From a virus (Duplodnaviria > Heunggongvirae > Uroviricota > Caudoviricetes): a stretch of DNA of 64,000 nucleotides. Both the position numbers and the translations under genes were made by a program. The DNA is taken from IMG/VR virus record IMGVR_UViG_3300037467_000966; one strand, written 5' to 3'. Every line of letters starts with the position of its first letter. The first letter of the stretch is position 1. Positions 18,429 to 27,091 of this stretch are shown one piece after another. Under the pieces are notes generated by a model. That model did no database searches and was not told the DNA's origin. It saw nothing but the letters and a program-made list of their open reading frames with translations.

Positions 18429-19508
18429 TTAAGCTAATTTAATCACTAGCTTTGTGAAACGGGCACCTTTCGTACCAGCTTTCACGGTGAAACGAATCTC
18501 GTCGCCAACCACTTCGAATGTTGCATTCTTCAGTTCAGGGAAGATTTCGCTCATGGATGCCTGGATTTCTTCAGGCTTTAAGCTGTCGTCTTCCACGTTA
18601 AGGCGGTTAGAGCCGTATACAACGACTCTCGCACCTTTCGTACCAGCCTTAACAGTGAATCGGATTTCATCCCCAACAACTTCAAACGTTGCGTTTTTCA
18701 ACTCAGGAAAGATTTCAGACATGGAAGCCTGAATCTCTTCTGGTTTTAAGGAATCATCCTCAACATTTAAACGATTAGAACCATAAACAACTACGCGTGC
18801 CATACCTTTCGTCCCCGCTTTCACTGTGAATCGAATTTCATTTCCAACTACCTCGTAGGTAGCATTCTTCAACTCTGGAAAAATCTCAGACATAGATGCC
18901 TGGATTTCTGCTGGAGTCAAAGATGAGTCCTCTACATTCAGACGGTTTGAACCATACACAACAACTCTTGTCATACCTTTTGTACCTGCCTTTACTGTGA
19001 ATCGGATTTCGTTTCCTACTACTTCATACGTAGCATTTTTAAGCTCTGGGAAAATCTCGCTCATAGAAGCTTGAATCTCCGCTGGTGTTAAAGAAGAATC
19101 TTCAACATTCAAACGATTGGAGCCGTAAACAACCACGCGGGTCTGGCCTGAACCAGAACCCTTTGTGCCTGCTTTGACAGTGAAACGAATCTCATTGCCT
19201 ACGACTTCGAAAGTAGCGTTCTTAAGCTCAGGGAAAATCTCAGACATAGAAGCTTTGATTTCCTCTGGGCTTAAAGAATCATCCTCAACGTTTAAGCGGT
19301 TGGAACCGTATACCACAACGCGGGTAGCACCCTTCGTCCCAGCTTTAACTGTGAAGCGGATTTCGTTTCCAACGACTTCGTAAGTTGCATTCTTTAACTC
19401 AGGAAAAATTTCAGACATTGACGCTTGAATTTCTGCAGGTGTTAAAGAAGAATCCTCCACGTTAAGACGATTTGAACCATAAACCACTACTCTTGTTTGA
19501 TTAGACAT
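18429..19508 (-). CDS. Tandem hexa-repeat small-domain protein (6 x ~57 aa, each unit ending ...KAGTKG), candidate polyubiquitin-like precursor
   Basis: Six near-identical units (T)RVVVYGSNRLNVED(S/D)SL(T/K)P(A/E)EI(Q/K)ASMSEIFPELKNAT(Y/F)EVVG(N/D)EIRFTVKAGTKG. First gene of the operon that ends with E2-like, JAB and E1. Confidence 0.6.
   Translation of the reverse strand: MSNQTRVVVYGSNRLNVEDSSLTPAEIQASMSEIFPELKNATYEVVGNEIRFTVKAGTKGATRVVVYGSNRLNVEDDSLSPEEIKASMSEIFPELKNATFEVVGNEIRFTVKAGTKGSGSGQTRVVVYGSNRLNVEDSSLTPAEIQASMSEIFPELKNATYEVVGNEIRFTVKAGTKGMTRVVVYGSNRLNVEDSSLTPAEIQASMSEIFPELKNATYEVVGNEIRFTVKAGTKGMARVVVYGSNRLNVEDDSLKPEEIQASMSEIFPELKNATFEVVGDEIRFTVKAGTKGARVVVYGSNRLNVEDDSLKPEEIQASMSEIFPELKNATFEVVGDEIRFTVKAGTKGARFTKLVIKLA
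18462..19499 (-). repeat. Six tandem ~171-180 bp near-identical coding repeats
   Basis: DNA-level repetition is visible (e.g. gtgaaacgaatctcgtc/gccaac...cttcagttcaggg recurs with period ~171-180 bp). Confidence 0.85.
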
Positions 19509-19573
19509 ACCAACATTCCTCCATAGAATTAATATATTTTGGTGCCCCTCCTAACCTGTGCGGTTGTTCAGGA

Positions 19574-19614
19574 CATAAAAAAGACTAGGTAGGAACCCCT
19601 AAGAACCCACCTAG
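19574..19614 (-). terminator. Hairpin plus U-run upstream of the hexa-repeat gene (terminator or attenuator)
   Basis: ctaggtagg-N13-ccacctag inverted repeat followed by an A6 run on the plus strand (U6 on RNA). Confidence 0.4.
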
Positions 19615-19857
19615 TTAAAAGAATCGTCGCGATATCCCCATCGCTTCAGATTGCTGTCTTTCCAGCCGTCAAAAATATAGTCAAGTCAGATAAAGTTAGT
19701 CAGACCTTATCGACGGTGGGAAGCACGTTAGTCAGACGTACACCCTAGAATCCAAAAACAATAAGCAATGTTAACATTAAAACATAAAATCAGCTTTGAA
19801 GAAAAGTTCTAAAAGTTTGAGACCATTTAGAAACTGGTGAATCTGATTGTCGAAACC

Positions 19858-20037
19858 TTACAAACCCATTTTCTTGATTACTTGATTCTTCATCTTGCGT
19901 TTTACTCCATTGACTTTTGAGTTCAACTTCTTCTTGATGAACTTCTCAGGGTCGGCCTGCATCTCAAGGGCCGCGGCCATGGCGTTCAACTTCTTCGCCA
20001 TAGCACGCAACTCTTTCGGGTTGTTAGAGAACAACAT
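19858..20037 (-). CDS. Small basic protein (59 aa), translationally coupled (TAATG) to the upstream gene
   Basis: Minus-frame MLFSNNPKELRAMAKKLNAMAAALEMQADPEKFIKKKLNSKVNGVKRKMKNQVIKKMGL. Below the 60-aa track threshold. Confidence 0.4.
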   Translation of the reverse strand: MLFSNNPKELRAMAKKLNAMAAALEMQADPEKFIKKKLNSKVNGVKRKMKNQVIKKMGL

Positions 20038-21824
20038 TATTTGTTGCCCTTAACATCCTTAGCTTGTGCTTGTGGAGCTGCTGGGGCGCCTCCAAACAGA
20101 CCACCTTGACCATTGAATCCACCCATTAAAGCAAGAGTAGTTAGGTCAAGTTCGCCATCGCCAAGAGCTAGCATCATCATTGGATTGAAGTTGCCGCCGC
20201 CTTGTTGACCCATCATCATCAATGGAAGAAGCTTATCCTTAGAACCGCCATCTTTCATTGCAAGAAGCATCAATGGATTGAATCCTTGAGAAGCTACTCC
20301 ACCTTGTTGCATCAACATTAATGGTAGTAAGTCATCCATGTTATCGCCAAGAAGCATTAACATTGTTGGGTCGATTGCTCCACCCTGAGCACCACCAAAG
20401 CCGCCAGTAAGAGCCATGATTTTCACAAGCTCATCCTTGTTACCATCGCCAAGGGCAAGAAGTAAAGCTGGGTTGAATCCGCCTTGACCAGCAGCATCCA
20501 ATGTCTTAACAACAGTGTAGAATGCTTTACCAAAGATTGGGTTAGTAGTTGGTAGTACAGAACCATTAGCGTTCTTTTCAGGTACAACCACTTCTACATA
20601 ACCATCATTTACTTTAGTAACATACCCAAAATCAGCACCGTTTAATACAATGTCTCCAACTTTTACTTCATCAGCAGCAGTTGGTAATTTGAATGCAGGT
20701 ACATTGAAGTCAAGAGTTAATCCAGTTACATCAGTGATAGTGCGTGTTGCTGGTTCGAATGCCACAAAGTTTTGAGAGATACCTTTACGAAGTGCAAGAC
20801 CGCCAGTTGTGATTGAGAATGCAAATTTTCCTTCTACTTTACCAAATTGATTTTTGAATGCTCCGAATAAGTTTTTCATAGTTCCATTACCTCCGATTGT
20901 TTTGTTTGATTTTTGGTTTAATTTTGCGTTTAATTGAGCTTGTACATCAGCTTGCTGTTTTGCTTGTGCTAACTTTTGGTTTAATTGATTTTGAATATCC
21001 ACTTTCAACGCCTCCGCTTTTTGTTTTTGTTCGATTGCTGCCACACGATTGATAGCTTCATATGCTGCATCTTGTGCATCATACGCTACATCAGCAACAC
21101 TTTCGATTTCGTGAGCAACATCACTCACTCTGTCATCAAGGCTACCAATTTCATAACCAAGACTGTTTACTGCGCTTTGAAGACGACTTGCATCTTCTCG
21201 TACTTCGTTTGCCCTTTGCTTTGCAATTGCCGCATCAAGCCGTGCTTGGCTACCCACTTGCTGAGCAGATTGAGCACGAAGATTAGCTGTTAAAGAAGAT
21301 TGTTTTGCTTCTTCAACTTCCTTGCTGATGTTGTTCACGCCATCAAACATGCTGACATGTGAATAAGCATGAGAGTGAGCTAGGTTATAGTCGCCATAAA
21401 AAGATTCAGCACCACGGAAAGCGTAGTAATCGTCGTCCTCTTCCTCCTCTTCGTCATCCTCATCGTCCCAATCGTCATCTCCGTAGATATCATCTTCTGT
21501 ATAGCTAGAAGCTTGTTCTACTTGAGCGCGAAGAGAATCAGTTAACGACTGACCTTTCACTTGCGCCCGAAGCTGAGAAGTTAAATCATTCTTCTTTGTA
21601 TCAACCACGTTAACTAGATGATACTCAGCTCCTTCATATCCTTGAATCAGAGTGCCAATACCACGCTTCTGAGATTCAAAGATGCCAGCTGCTACTTGCT
21701 TACGAACAAGAACTTGATGTCCTGTATTCGTATCAATCTTGTAGTTGCTCCCTCCAATCGTAATAATTTCACCAACTGCGACATCAGATAGTTTTCTTAA
21801 ACCCACTGTGTCAACCTCCTTCAT
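20037..21824 (-). CDS. Large hypothetical protein: N-terminal domain, poly-acidic tract (DDDWDDEDDEEEEEDDD), coiled coil, C-terminal Met/Leu/Gly-rich repeats (FNPxLLLAxGDG...GG)
   Basis: 595-aa ORF with 3-4 degenerate C-terminal repeats. Confidence 0.7.
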   Translation of the reverse strand: MKEVDTVGLRKLSDVAVGEIITIGGSNYKIDTNTGHQVLVRKQVAAGIFESQKRGIGTLIQGYEGAEYHLVNVVDTKKNDLTSQLRAQVKGQSLTDSLRAQVEQASSYTEDDIYGDDDWDDEDDEEEEEDDDYYAFRGAESFYGDYNLAHSHAYSHVSMFDGVNNISKEVEEAKQSSLTANLRAQSAQQVGSQARLDAAIAKQRANEVREDASRLQSAVNSLGYEIGSLDDRVSDVAHEIESVADVAYDAQDAAYEAINRVAAIEQKQKAEALKVDIQNQLNQKLAQAKQQADVQAQLNAKLNQKSNKTIGGNGTMKNLFGAFKNQFGKVEGKFAFSITTGGLALRKGISQNFVAFEPATRTITDVTGLTLDFNVPAFKLPTAADEVKVGDIVLNGADFGYVTKVNDGYVEVVVPEKNANGSVLPTTNPIFGKAFYTVVKTLDAAGQGGFNPALLLALGDGNKDELVKIMALTGGFGGAQGGAIDPTMLMLLGDNMDDLLPLMLMQQGGVASQGFNPLMLLAMKDGGSKDKLLPLMMMGQQGGGNFNPMMMLALGDGELDLTTLALMGGFNGQGGLFGGAPAAPQAQAKDVKGNK

Positions 21825-22121
21825 AATAATGAATGTTTAAGCCAACCAACTCCCGAAGTTAGAGGGCTTATGACAGCCACTATAATAAATAAGAGCCAGA
21901 ACCTTTATCGGTCCCGACCCTTGTAAATGCATCGTGCAAGTATTTCTCCAATGACTTCAGCAACGATATTCCAAATGATATCTATCACTCTTTCATTCTT
22001 ATTTGATACTCCCATAGTATGCGAATCGGCTGGTCTTTATCCATCGTCATCCAGATTTCATCGTAATACTCTAGTTTCTCACCTAGTAATAACTTTTCCA
22101 TTGCTTCGCAAGGAGATAATA

Positions 22122-22976
22122 TCATTTAGTTAGCCTACTTGCCAAGATGGAAAATGTTTTTTCTTCACCAATGTTTTCTAAGTGTTGCCAGAACCATTCA
22201 GCTAAATCCTTACCAGTCATCTCACTTTCAAGGTCGCCTCCAAGTAGACCTTCAATGTTGTCCAGTTTCATAAGAATCATATCAATCTTACTAGGCGAAC
22301 GTCCTTCTCTTACGATTATCTCTGCGTTCTTATGATTCGCAAAGTATTCGCGTGTTGCTTTCTGAGCTGGCGTTTCCCCCTTCTGCTCTTCATGTTTAAG
22401 AAGTTTTAAATCTTCAGAGGTAGTAAGAATCAACTCGCTCTTCTCAGCAACTGGTTTTGATTTCTGTTCAGCCAGCTTTGCATTTAACTTATCCTGCAAT
22501 GTTTCAACCTTCGGCTCCTCCTTCTTCTGTTGAAGTTGAGCACGTAAGCTTGCAGCCAAATCAGGTTTCGGAAGTTCAGGAGCTGGTACATCGTGAATAG
22601 TTAACTGACCTTTCTCGACTTCTTCCTGGGCAACCGTTTCTGTTTCACATTCATTAATTTCTTTAATCAAATCCAATGAATACCGAGCAGGCCCAATGTT
22701 TAACACTGGATGACCGCCGCATAAATCAACCATACAAGAACTAACAACAGCCGAAGGAACATTATCTAATCCATCTCTTAATCCTGCCGCTCCATCCTGA
22801 GATGCAACGATGGCTTTGCCGAATCGAACTAAGATAAGACCTGGATGCTTCTTTACGAATGATTGAAGCTTACCTTCTAATTCCTCCATGGCTGGAATAA
22901 CAAATCTTTTCACCACATTTTCTTGCTCAAGTTCAACGAACATTCCTTCTGAACCTTTTGTTAAACTCAATCCCAT
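22122..22976 (-). CDS. Hypothetical protein (start adjusted to ATG with AAAGGAG RBS)
   Basis: The track ORF extends to 23036, but the internal ATG at 22976 has a strong SD 8 nt upstream and removes the out-of-frame overlap with the upstream gene. Confidence 0.6.
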   Translation of the reverse strand: MGLSLTKGSEGMFVELEQENVVKRFVIPAMEELEGKLQSFVKKHPGLILVRFGKAIVASQDGAAGLRDGLDNVPSAVVSSCMVDLCGGHPVLNIGPARYSLDLIKEINECETETVAQEEVEKGQLTIHDVPAPELPKPDLAASLRAQLQQKKEEPKVETLQDKLNAKLAEQKSKPVAEKSELILTTSEDLKLLKHEEQKGETPAQKATREYFANHKNAEIIVREGRSPSKIDMILMKLDNIEGLLGGDLESEMTGKDLAEWFWQHLENIGEEKTFSILASRLTK

Positions 22977-22989
22977 TTCATCATCTCCT

Positions 22990-23769
22990 TTAATATCCGC
23001 CTGGACTTTCTTCGCGGTGTCCTTGCCCACTGACAATCATGTTGTTTAACTTTCTAATATAATCACCCATTGTTTTGCATTCTTCCATGTGAGGAAATCC
23101 ACGGTTCTTCATTATCTTAAAGCATGTATCACCAACTTCATCTTCAACCATCTTTAAGCAATTACGAAGAAGAATATCTGTGCCCATTGGCTCCTTAACT
23201 GCTTCTTTTATTTCAGCATTCAATGGAGTATCAATGGTGAATCCATACTTGGCAGCGAACCGAATCGCCCGTGTTGCTAAGTTTGTTGTCATCCTGTCCG
23301 TTGTTTTTCTAATGATTCCTCTATCAAGGTCACGCCATGCATACTTCGGAGCATAGAAAAAACCATCTGACTTCAAACATATCTGATTAATACTAAAGTC
23401 AAAACGAACGGGAGCGAATGCCCACTCATCATCTGCATTAATCCAATGAACAGGTATTTCTGATTTCGTGAATGTGTAGGGGTCGCAATAGATGTCATGA
23501 GGAATCTCTGTTCCATCCTGCTGCCCAAGTGCTAACACTCCTGTCTTTTCTAAGATGTCTCTTGCATAAGGAACATCACGAATACAAACATCATAATCAT
23601 TCCAGTGCTTTCCCTTGTATAAATCCCTAGGAAACCCACCTGCAAATGACCATTGTGTTCCATGTTCCATTGCAACTGAATCCATTATATCCATGAATGT
23701 TTTCATGCCTGCATCAATCTGACCTTCATAAGGTCGTCTTTCGTATTCAACTTCAGTCGGGTGCATCAT
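22990..23769 (-). CDS. Hypothetical protein
   Basis: 259-aa ORF with coherent composition. Confidence 0.6.
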   Translation of the reverse strand: MMHPTEVEYERRPYEGQIDAGMKTFMDIMDSVAMEHGTQWSFAGGFPRDLYKGKHWNDYDVCIRDVPYARDILEKTGVLALGQQDGTEIPHDIYCDPYTFTKSEIPVHWINADDEWAFAPVRFDFSINQICLKSDGFFYAPKYAWRDLDRGIIRKTTDRMTTNLATRAIRFAAKYGFTIDTPLNAEIKEAVKEPMGTDILLRNCLKMVEDEVGDTCFKIMKNRGFPHMEECKTMGDYIRKLNNMIVSGQGHREESPGGY

Positions 23770-23995
23770 TTACCTCCTTTCATTAAACAAAACATCCAGC
23801 GTTCAGCATCATCGTTTCACGGCCCCGTGCTCGCGCAGTAGCCTGCCACTAGCTTAATAACTGGATGTGACATATAGATTTCAGATTAATCCTAAGACCT
23901 TCACCTAAAACGGTATGGCGGGAATCTCGCTTTTACTCGCTATGAGGACATTAATTACCAGCGTTGTCATCGCCGTAACCCTATTCTTAGGCAAC

Positions 23996-24151
23996 CTTAA
24001 TTTCTATTCATCTTAGACAGCACGATGTCAATCGTCACTGAAGTGTAGCTGCTCCCAAGAAGTCAACTCACTTAGGTAGTAAAAAATACTGGTTGGAGAT
24101 AACCTAAAAAACCTACCTACCATCATACTGTCTAAGACAAATAGAACCACA
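23996..24151. repeat. Inverted-repeat-flanked element, copy 1 (TIRs TTAATTTCTATTCATCTTAGACAG / CTGTCTAAGACAAATAGAACCA)
   Basis: ~22-bp imperfect terminal inverted repeats enclosing ~110 bp. Confidence 0.6.
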
Positions 24152-24316
24152 TCAACTTCGGACGGTGTACCATAATCCCCCTTCCTTCGATGTTGACCAC
24201 TCCTTGAATCAATCACGAAGGCGTAGGAAGTCCGCAGCCCATATTTAATCCTTGGCATTGATGTGGGATAAACAGATTTCAGTAGACCGCTTACGCTATT
24301 AGCGGGGTCCATGTGT

Positions 24317-24416
24317 CCTTAATTTCTATTCATCTGGGAAGATGCAAAGGCGGGGCCTACAATCGGGCATAATCCGCGGTCATATCATTGCATCCTCCAA
24401 GATAAATAGAACCATG
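24317..24416. repeat. Inverted-repeat-flanked element, copy 2 (TTAATTTCTATTCATCTGGGAAG / CTCCAAGATAAATAGAACCA)
   Basis: Same TIR family as copy 1, with different interior. Confidence 0.55.
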
Positions 24417-24563
24417 TGTAATTCAACGTCAACAGGCTGCCACGCTGCGTGACATTTAAACTTCGTCAAAGCTCCATCACCCTAGCTTAATATACACATG
24501 GTAATAAACAGATTTCAGAATCAATAGATGTGCAAGGCGGCTTAGAAGGCCGCGGCACTCATC

Positions 24564-24649
24564 TTAATTTCTATTTATCTTAGAAGGTACAACACATAAG
24601 TTGTGAGCTGGTCAAGCTCGTTATACCCTCTAGGATAAATAGAACCACA
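24564..24649. repeat. Inverted-repeat-flanked element, copy 3 (TTAATTTCTATTTATCTTAG / CTAGGATAAATAGAACCA)
   Basis: Same TIR family. Spacers between copies share TAAACAGATTTCAG. Confidence 0.55.
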
Positions 24650-24895
24650 TAGAGTTCAGTGTCGCGGTGTGAAGAGTTTGTTGGCTCGCTATGAGTTTCC
24701 ATCCCATCACTAACTTAATATCTATGTGGAACGCAAGAACTTCGGTTTCAAACAGGAATTGGTTTCCACTCACTAGTGCTGTCCACCCTAACCTTGGCAT
24801 TCTTACATCTTTGAAAATACGAAGCAGGGGAAAGGAACCGAAAAGGAAACCTGCCTCGTACCCTCAAAGACGAAAGAATATCTTTCGCCCGAAGC

Positions 24896-25288
24896 CTACC
24901 AGTCGTATTCAATACTACCAAACTTGATTTCAATCAATTGCTTGATGACCGCATCATACTTATCAAGTTTTAATCTCACTTGATTCTCTGTCATCTTGCC
25001 TTCCTCCAACTTACTTTCATAATAATATTTATTATCCAGTATGCTGTCGGCAATTCTTTCAAGGTCAAGAACCTCGCGTCGATTCAATTCAAATTCTTCT
25101 TTGATAAAAGAATACAATGGGTCTTTCACATCACCGATATAATCAAAGTGTTTCAACATCGCATCTGGAAGTTCCATTAGTTCTTCCAATGTTTGCGGAT
25201 TGTTAAACTTCCTTAAGAAAGCATCGACTCGTTTTAAGTCAATGCCTTCCTTCTTTGCAAACTCTCTTAATAATGAAATACCGTCCAC
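24896..25288 (-). CDS. Hypothetical protein
   Basis: 130-aa ORF. Confidence 0.55.
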   Translation of the reverse strand: MDGISLLREFAKKEGIDLKRVDAFLRKFNNPQTLEELMELPDAMLKHFDYIGDVKDPLYSFIKEEFELNRREVLDLERIADSILDNKYYYESKLEEGKMTENQVRLKLDKYDAVIKQLIEIKFGSIEYDW

Positions 25289-25296
25289 TTTATCAC

Positions 25297-25404
25297 CTAC
25301 TTGGGAATTTGATTCTTACCACTACGACACATTGGACATTTGTTTGTAATGATTTCACAATCATCATAATCAAAGCCGCAGTTGCCACATTCGATTTCTC
25401 TCAT
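25297..25404 (-). CDS. Mini zinc-ribbon protein (35 aa, CGNC...CPMC)
   Basis: Minus-frame MREIECGNCGFDYDDCEIITNKCPMCRSGKNQIPK. Below the track threshold. Confidence 0.35.
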   Translation of the reverse strand: MREIECGNCGFDYDDCEIITNKCPMCRSGKNQIPK

Positions 25405-25422
25405 TCGAATCACTAGCGTCAC

Positions 25423-25560
25423 CTACTTTGTATGTTTGGCTGGCTGAATCACTCCTAAGAATGTCCAGCCATTTGATTGCATCCATGCTAAGAATTCGTT
25501 CGTGAATGTTTCTTCATCAACCGTGACACCGACAGAGCCTTCAATATCAAACCAACCCAT
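25423..25560 (-). CDS. Small hypothetical protein (45 aa) starting right after the NAMPT stop
   Basis: Internal ATG of the 82-aa track ORF. The longer form would overlap the NAMPT 3' end out of frame. Confidence 0.3.
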   Translation of the reverse strand: MGWFDIEGSVGVTVDEETFTNEFLAWMQSNGWTFLGVIQPAKHTK

Positions 25561-25561
25561 C

Positions 25562-27091
25562 TTATTGGGCCGCCAATCTTTCACGAATTTCAGATAAGCT
25601 TTCTTCACGTTTGATTTCACCGTTCTCAAAGATAACTTCAAGAAGGTCAATGTTTGCAAAGTTTGCTTCATAAGTTTTCGTATCCAGATTATCAGTGGCT
25701 ACTAATTCACCACCGACTTTTACAACTGCCACTAATCCAGTTAATGATTTCTTTGTACCATCATCTGTCTTAGGGTCTTTCAATAAGAAGCGCTCTTCTC
25801 CATCCACTTCAGCAAAGGTTGCTTTCATCGCATGTGCAAATGTATCACGCGTTGTATACTGATAGGTAAAGCTTCCGATACCAAATACCACGTTTGTTGA
25901 AGCAAAGCCTTTTTCTTTTAACAAAGCACAAATCAAATCAGCTCTCTCTAGCGTAATAGAATCGCCGTAGATAGCTCCGATGTGAGGGTCTAATACTTTG
26001 TACCCTAAATCATTTACTGTGCCGCCAATGATGTCGTAGAGGCTCTCAATTAAACCTTTACGCACCAATTCTTCTTCTGCATTCGGGTCACCACAAAGAA
26101 TCTTAACTGGGTCACCACTGTCAGGACGAATAACCACGCGACCATCACGACCAAGGATTTCTTCTTTCAGCTTCGGTAAGTATTCACCAACCACTTTCCA
26201 GAAGTCCCAAGTATCAGATACTACGCTGAAGAAACCTGTTGGATACTTTTCAGTCATCAGTGATTTGAATAATTCATACTCATCTGTTTGACCGTATGCG
26301 CACATCACTGAATGTTCAGTCGCAGGTATTGAAGTTGCCACCAATTCTTTCTCGATGTTTGCATTGTAATAAGCTTCAAGATAATTGATAGCTGGGATTG
26401 TATCTGTACCAACAAAACTTAGTAAGTGACCAGCACCACTTGCTGCCGCCGCATCCTTGCCAGCCATACCGCGCATAGAGAAATCATGACCCTGGAATTC
26501 AACACCTGCTGTAGAACCTGTTGTTTCCATCGCATACGCATCAAGAATCTGACGGTACGTGTAAGCAATCGTTGCAGATGTTGTTGGCTGCCAAAGCTCA
26601 GCTGACATAATGGTTTCAAGATAATTTGTTACCCAGTAGAATTCATCCACTGTATTTTCGATGACCAACATTGGAACACGCATTGGAACCAACGTACCTT
26701 CTTTCACAGCTCTTACACGAACTGGAAGATAACCTAAATCATGAAGAGCTGCAATGTGCTCCGCATCGACCTTTGATGCTTCCATTAATGGGTCTGCAAC
26801 ACCCTGAACATTGCCAGGATTGATTAATGTAAAGTAGATAACACGTTGGTATTCAAATACCACTTCATCCTTTGGACGGCTAAAGAAATGCTCATTGAAG
26901 TAATCAACAAAGTATTTCTTGGTTAATCCTTGGAAGTTAAACGCTACAACTTTCTTTGCTTTCGGGAAGTACTTGTTGCCTCGTGCAATCCATGTGCTGA
27001 AAACCTTATTTGTTTTCTTTGGATACTGCTCACGGTGAGACACCTTGTAAAAATCACACAACAATGTAGCTGGAAAAATAGTTTTAGTCAT
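25562..27091 (-). CDS. nadV: Nicotinamide phosphoribosyltransferase family protein (NAMPT/NadV-like; could be the homologous nicotinamide-ADPR transferase)
   Basis: N-terminus LLCDFYKVSHREQYPKKTNKVFS parallels NAMPT [24 protein letters not shown]. Full-length 509 aa. Confidence 0.85.
   Translation of the reverse strand: MTKTIFPATLLCDFYKVSHREQYPKKTNKVFSTWIARGNKYFPKAKKVVAFNFQGLTKKYFVDYFNEHFFSRPKDEVVFEYQRVIYFTLINPGNVQGVADPLMEASKVDAEHIAALHDLGYLPVRVRAVKEGTLVPMRVPMLVIENTVDEFYWVTNYLETIMSAELWQPTTSATIAYTYRQILDAYAMETTGSTAGVEFQGHDFSMRGMAGKDAAAASGAGHLLSFVGTDTIPAINYLEAYYNANIEKELVATSIPATEHSVMCAYGQTDEYELFKSLMTEKYPTGFFSVVSDTWDFWKVVGEYLPKLKEEILGRDGRVVIRPDSGDPVKILCGDPNAEEELVRKGLIESLYDIIGGTVNDLGYKVLDPHIGAIYGDSITLERADLICALLKEKGFASTNVVFGIGSFTYQYTTRDTFAHAMKATFAEVDGEERFLLKDPKTDDGTKKSLTGLVAVVKVGGELVATDNLDTKTYEANFANIDLLEVIFENGEIKREESLSEIRERLAAQ

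Noticed and set aside
18429-19508. CRISPR-like appearance of regularly spaced repeats
   Set aside because: The repeats are ~171-180 bp, contiguous, in-frame and protein-coding (no spacers). They are tandem coding repeats, not a CRISPR array. The 63861-63961 array has 15-bp units without unique spacers, so it is not CRISPR either.
24028-24312. 94-aa minus-strand ORF
   Set aside because: Lies across the inverted-repeat elements and spacers. Composition is erratic and it is probably not coding.
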